The notes under the pieces were generated by a model. It saw only the letters and a program-made list of their open reading frames with translations. It was not told the DNA's origin and did no database searches. Positions 62,510 to 64,000 of a stretch of 64,000 nt of DNA are shown piece by piece. The stretch's first letter is position 1, and each line of letters opens with the position of its first letter. Source of the stretch: Mobula hypostoma (Eukaryota); NCBI RefSeq assembly GCF_963921235.1, contig NC_086097.1, forward strand, positions 207,702,001 to 207,766,000, given 5' to 3'. A program made the translations under genes and the position numbers.

Positions 62510-62830
62510 CCTGTAATGTTATTGTACTTGCCTCAGCCACTTCCTTCGGCAAATCATTCCATATACGAACACCCTCTACTTGAAGACATTATCTTTTTAA
62601 ATCTTTCCCATTTTAAATTAAAGCCATGCCCTATGGTTTTTGAATCCTTTGCCCAACTAGTGTGCATTCACCCTTTCAATGCCCCTCATGATCTTATATA
62701 CCTCTATAAGGTTATTCTACAGTCTCCTGTATGTCATGGAAAAAAGTCCTAGCCTGTATAACCTTTCCTTCTTACACAAACCTTTGAGTCTTGGCATCAT
62801 TCTTGTAAATTTTCATTGTACTCTTTCCAG
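62510..62830 (-). mobile_element. Old CR1 3' fragment
   Basis: 'aatgcccctcatgatcttatatacctctataaggt' motif. Confidence 0.6.
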
Positions 62831-62839
62831 ATTAATGAT

Positions 62840-64000
62840 TGAATCACAAAGTCATAGGAAAGTATAGTACAGACACAGACCTTTTTGCCCATCTAGTTTG
62901 TGTCAAAATATTTAAACTGCTCAGTCCTATCAACCTACACCCAGACCATAGCCCTCCATACCCCGACCATTCGTGTACCTATCCAAACTTCTCTTAAACA
63001 CTGAAATCGTGCTCGCATGCACCATTTGCATTGGCAACTCATTCTACACTCTCCAGACCCTCTGAGTGAAGCAACTTCCCTTCATGTTCCCCTTAAACAT
63101 TTTACCTTTCACCGTTAACTCATGACCTCTACTTGTAGTTCAACCAACCTCAGTGGAAGAAGCTTGCTTGGATTTACCTGCTCTGAGCCCCTCATAATAT
63201 TGTATACCTCTATCAAGCCTCCCCTCAAACTTCCAAGATGTAAAGTCCTAACCGATTCAATTTTTCCTCAAAGCTCAGGTCTCCAGTCTCAGCACCATCT
63301 TCATAAATTTTCTCTATACAATTTCAAACTTATTTACATCTTTCCTGTAGGTAGGTGAACAAAACTGCATGCAGTACTCCAAATCAGGCCTCATCAACAT
63401 CTTATACAATTCTGACATAACATCCCATCCCCTAGATTCAATACTTTGACTTAGGAAGGCCAGCGTGCCAAAAGCTTTCTTTATGATCCTATCCAGCTGT
63501 GCTGCCACTTTCAATAAGTAATGGATCTGTATTCCCAGATCCCTTTGTTCTACCACACTCCTCTGTGCCCAACCATTCACTGTGTAAGACCTACCCAGGT
63601 TGATCCTACCCAAGTACAACACCTCACACTTGTCTGCATTAAATTCCATCTGTCATTTTTTAGCCCATTTGCCCAGCTGGTCCAGATCCAGCTACAAGCT
63701 CTGATAGGCTTCCTCACTGTCGACTACAGCCCAATCTTGGTGCATCAGCAAATTTGCTGACCCAGTTAACCACATTATCATCCAGATGGTTGATATAGAT
63801 GACAAATAACAATGGACCCAGCACCGACTCCTGTGGCACTCCACTAGTCACAGACCTCCAGTTAGAGTGACAACCATCTACTACTACTCTCTGGCTTCTC
63901 CCACAAAGCCAATGCCTAACCTCATCTTGAATGCCAAGTAACTGAACCTTCTTGACCAATCTCTCATACGAGCATCCACTGCCTTGTCTTCATCAACTTT
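62840..64000 (-). mobile_element. CR1 LINE 3' part (runs to the window end)
   Basis: ORFs 63714..63959 (SGVPQ.SVLGPLLF..YIN.LD..SKFAD) and 63314..63649. Confidence 0.9.

Overview
Eukaryotic genomic DNA from a vertebrate, most likely a cartilaginous fish (inferred from HER1/CR1-type LINEs, V-SINE/HE1-like and DeuSINE-like elements). I can support only one host gene: an intact, intronless class A GPCR at 40844..41851 (+) that matches neuropeptide B/W receptor 1 (NPBWR1). It has a repeat-free CpG-rich upstream region and an AT-rich 3' UTR. Most of the rest is transposable-element debris: CR1, Rex1/Babar, L2 and Nimb/I-group LINEs; Penelope-like element (PLE) fragments carrying minimal hammerhead ribozyme motifs; Tc1/mariner and hAT-like non-autonomous DNA transposons; a solo LTR; an LTR-bounded but internally deleted Gmr1-like Gypsy element; a ~4.1-kb 33-bp tandem array; and a 51-bp minisatellite. 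Three observations stand out. (1) About 100-bp PLE-tail copies start at a dimer-type hammerhead motif. (2) Two different Nimb-like LINEs sit in tandem at the same ~11-bp target inside a solo LTR, and the 3' tail of one repeats that target sequence. (3) Two transposon derivatives are built from two 3' ends. There are no prokaryotic systems such as CRISPR. All calls come from reading the sequence without database searches, and boundaries of degraded repeats are approximate.
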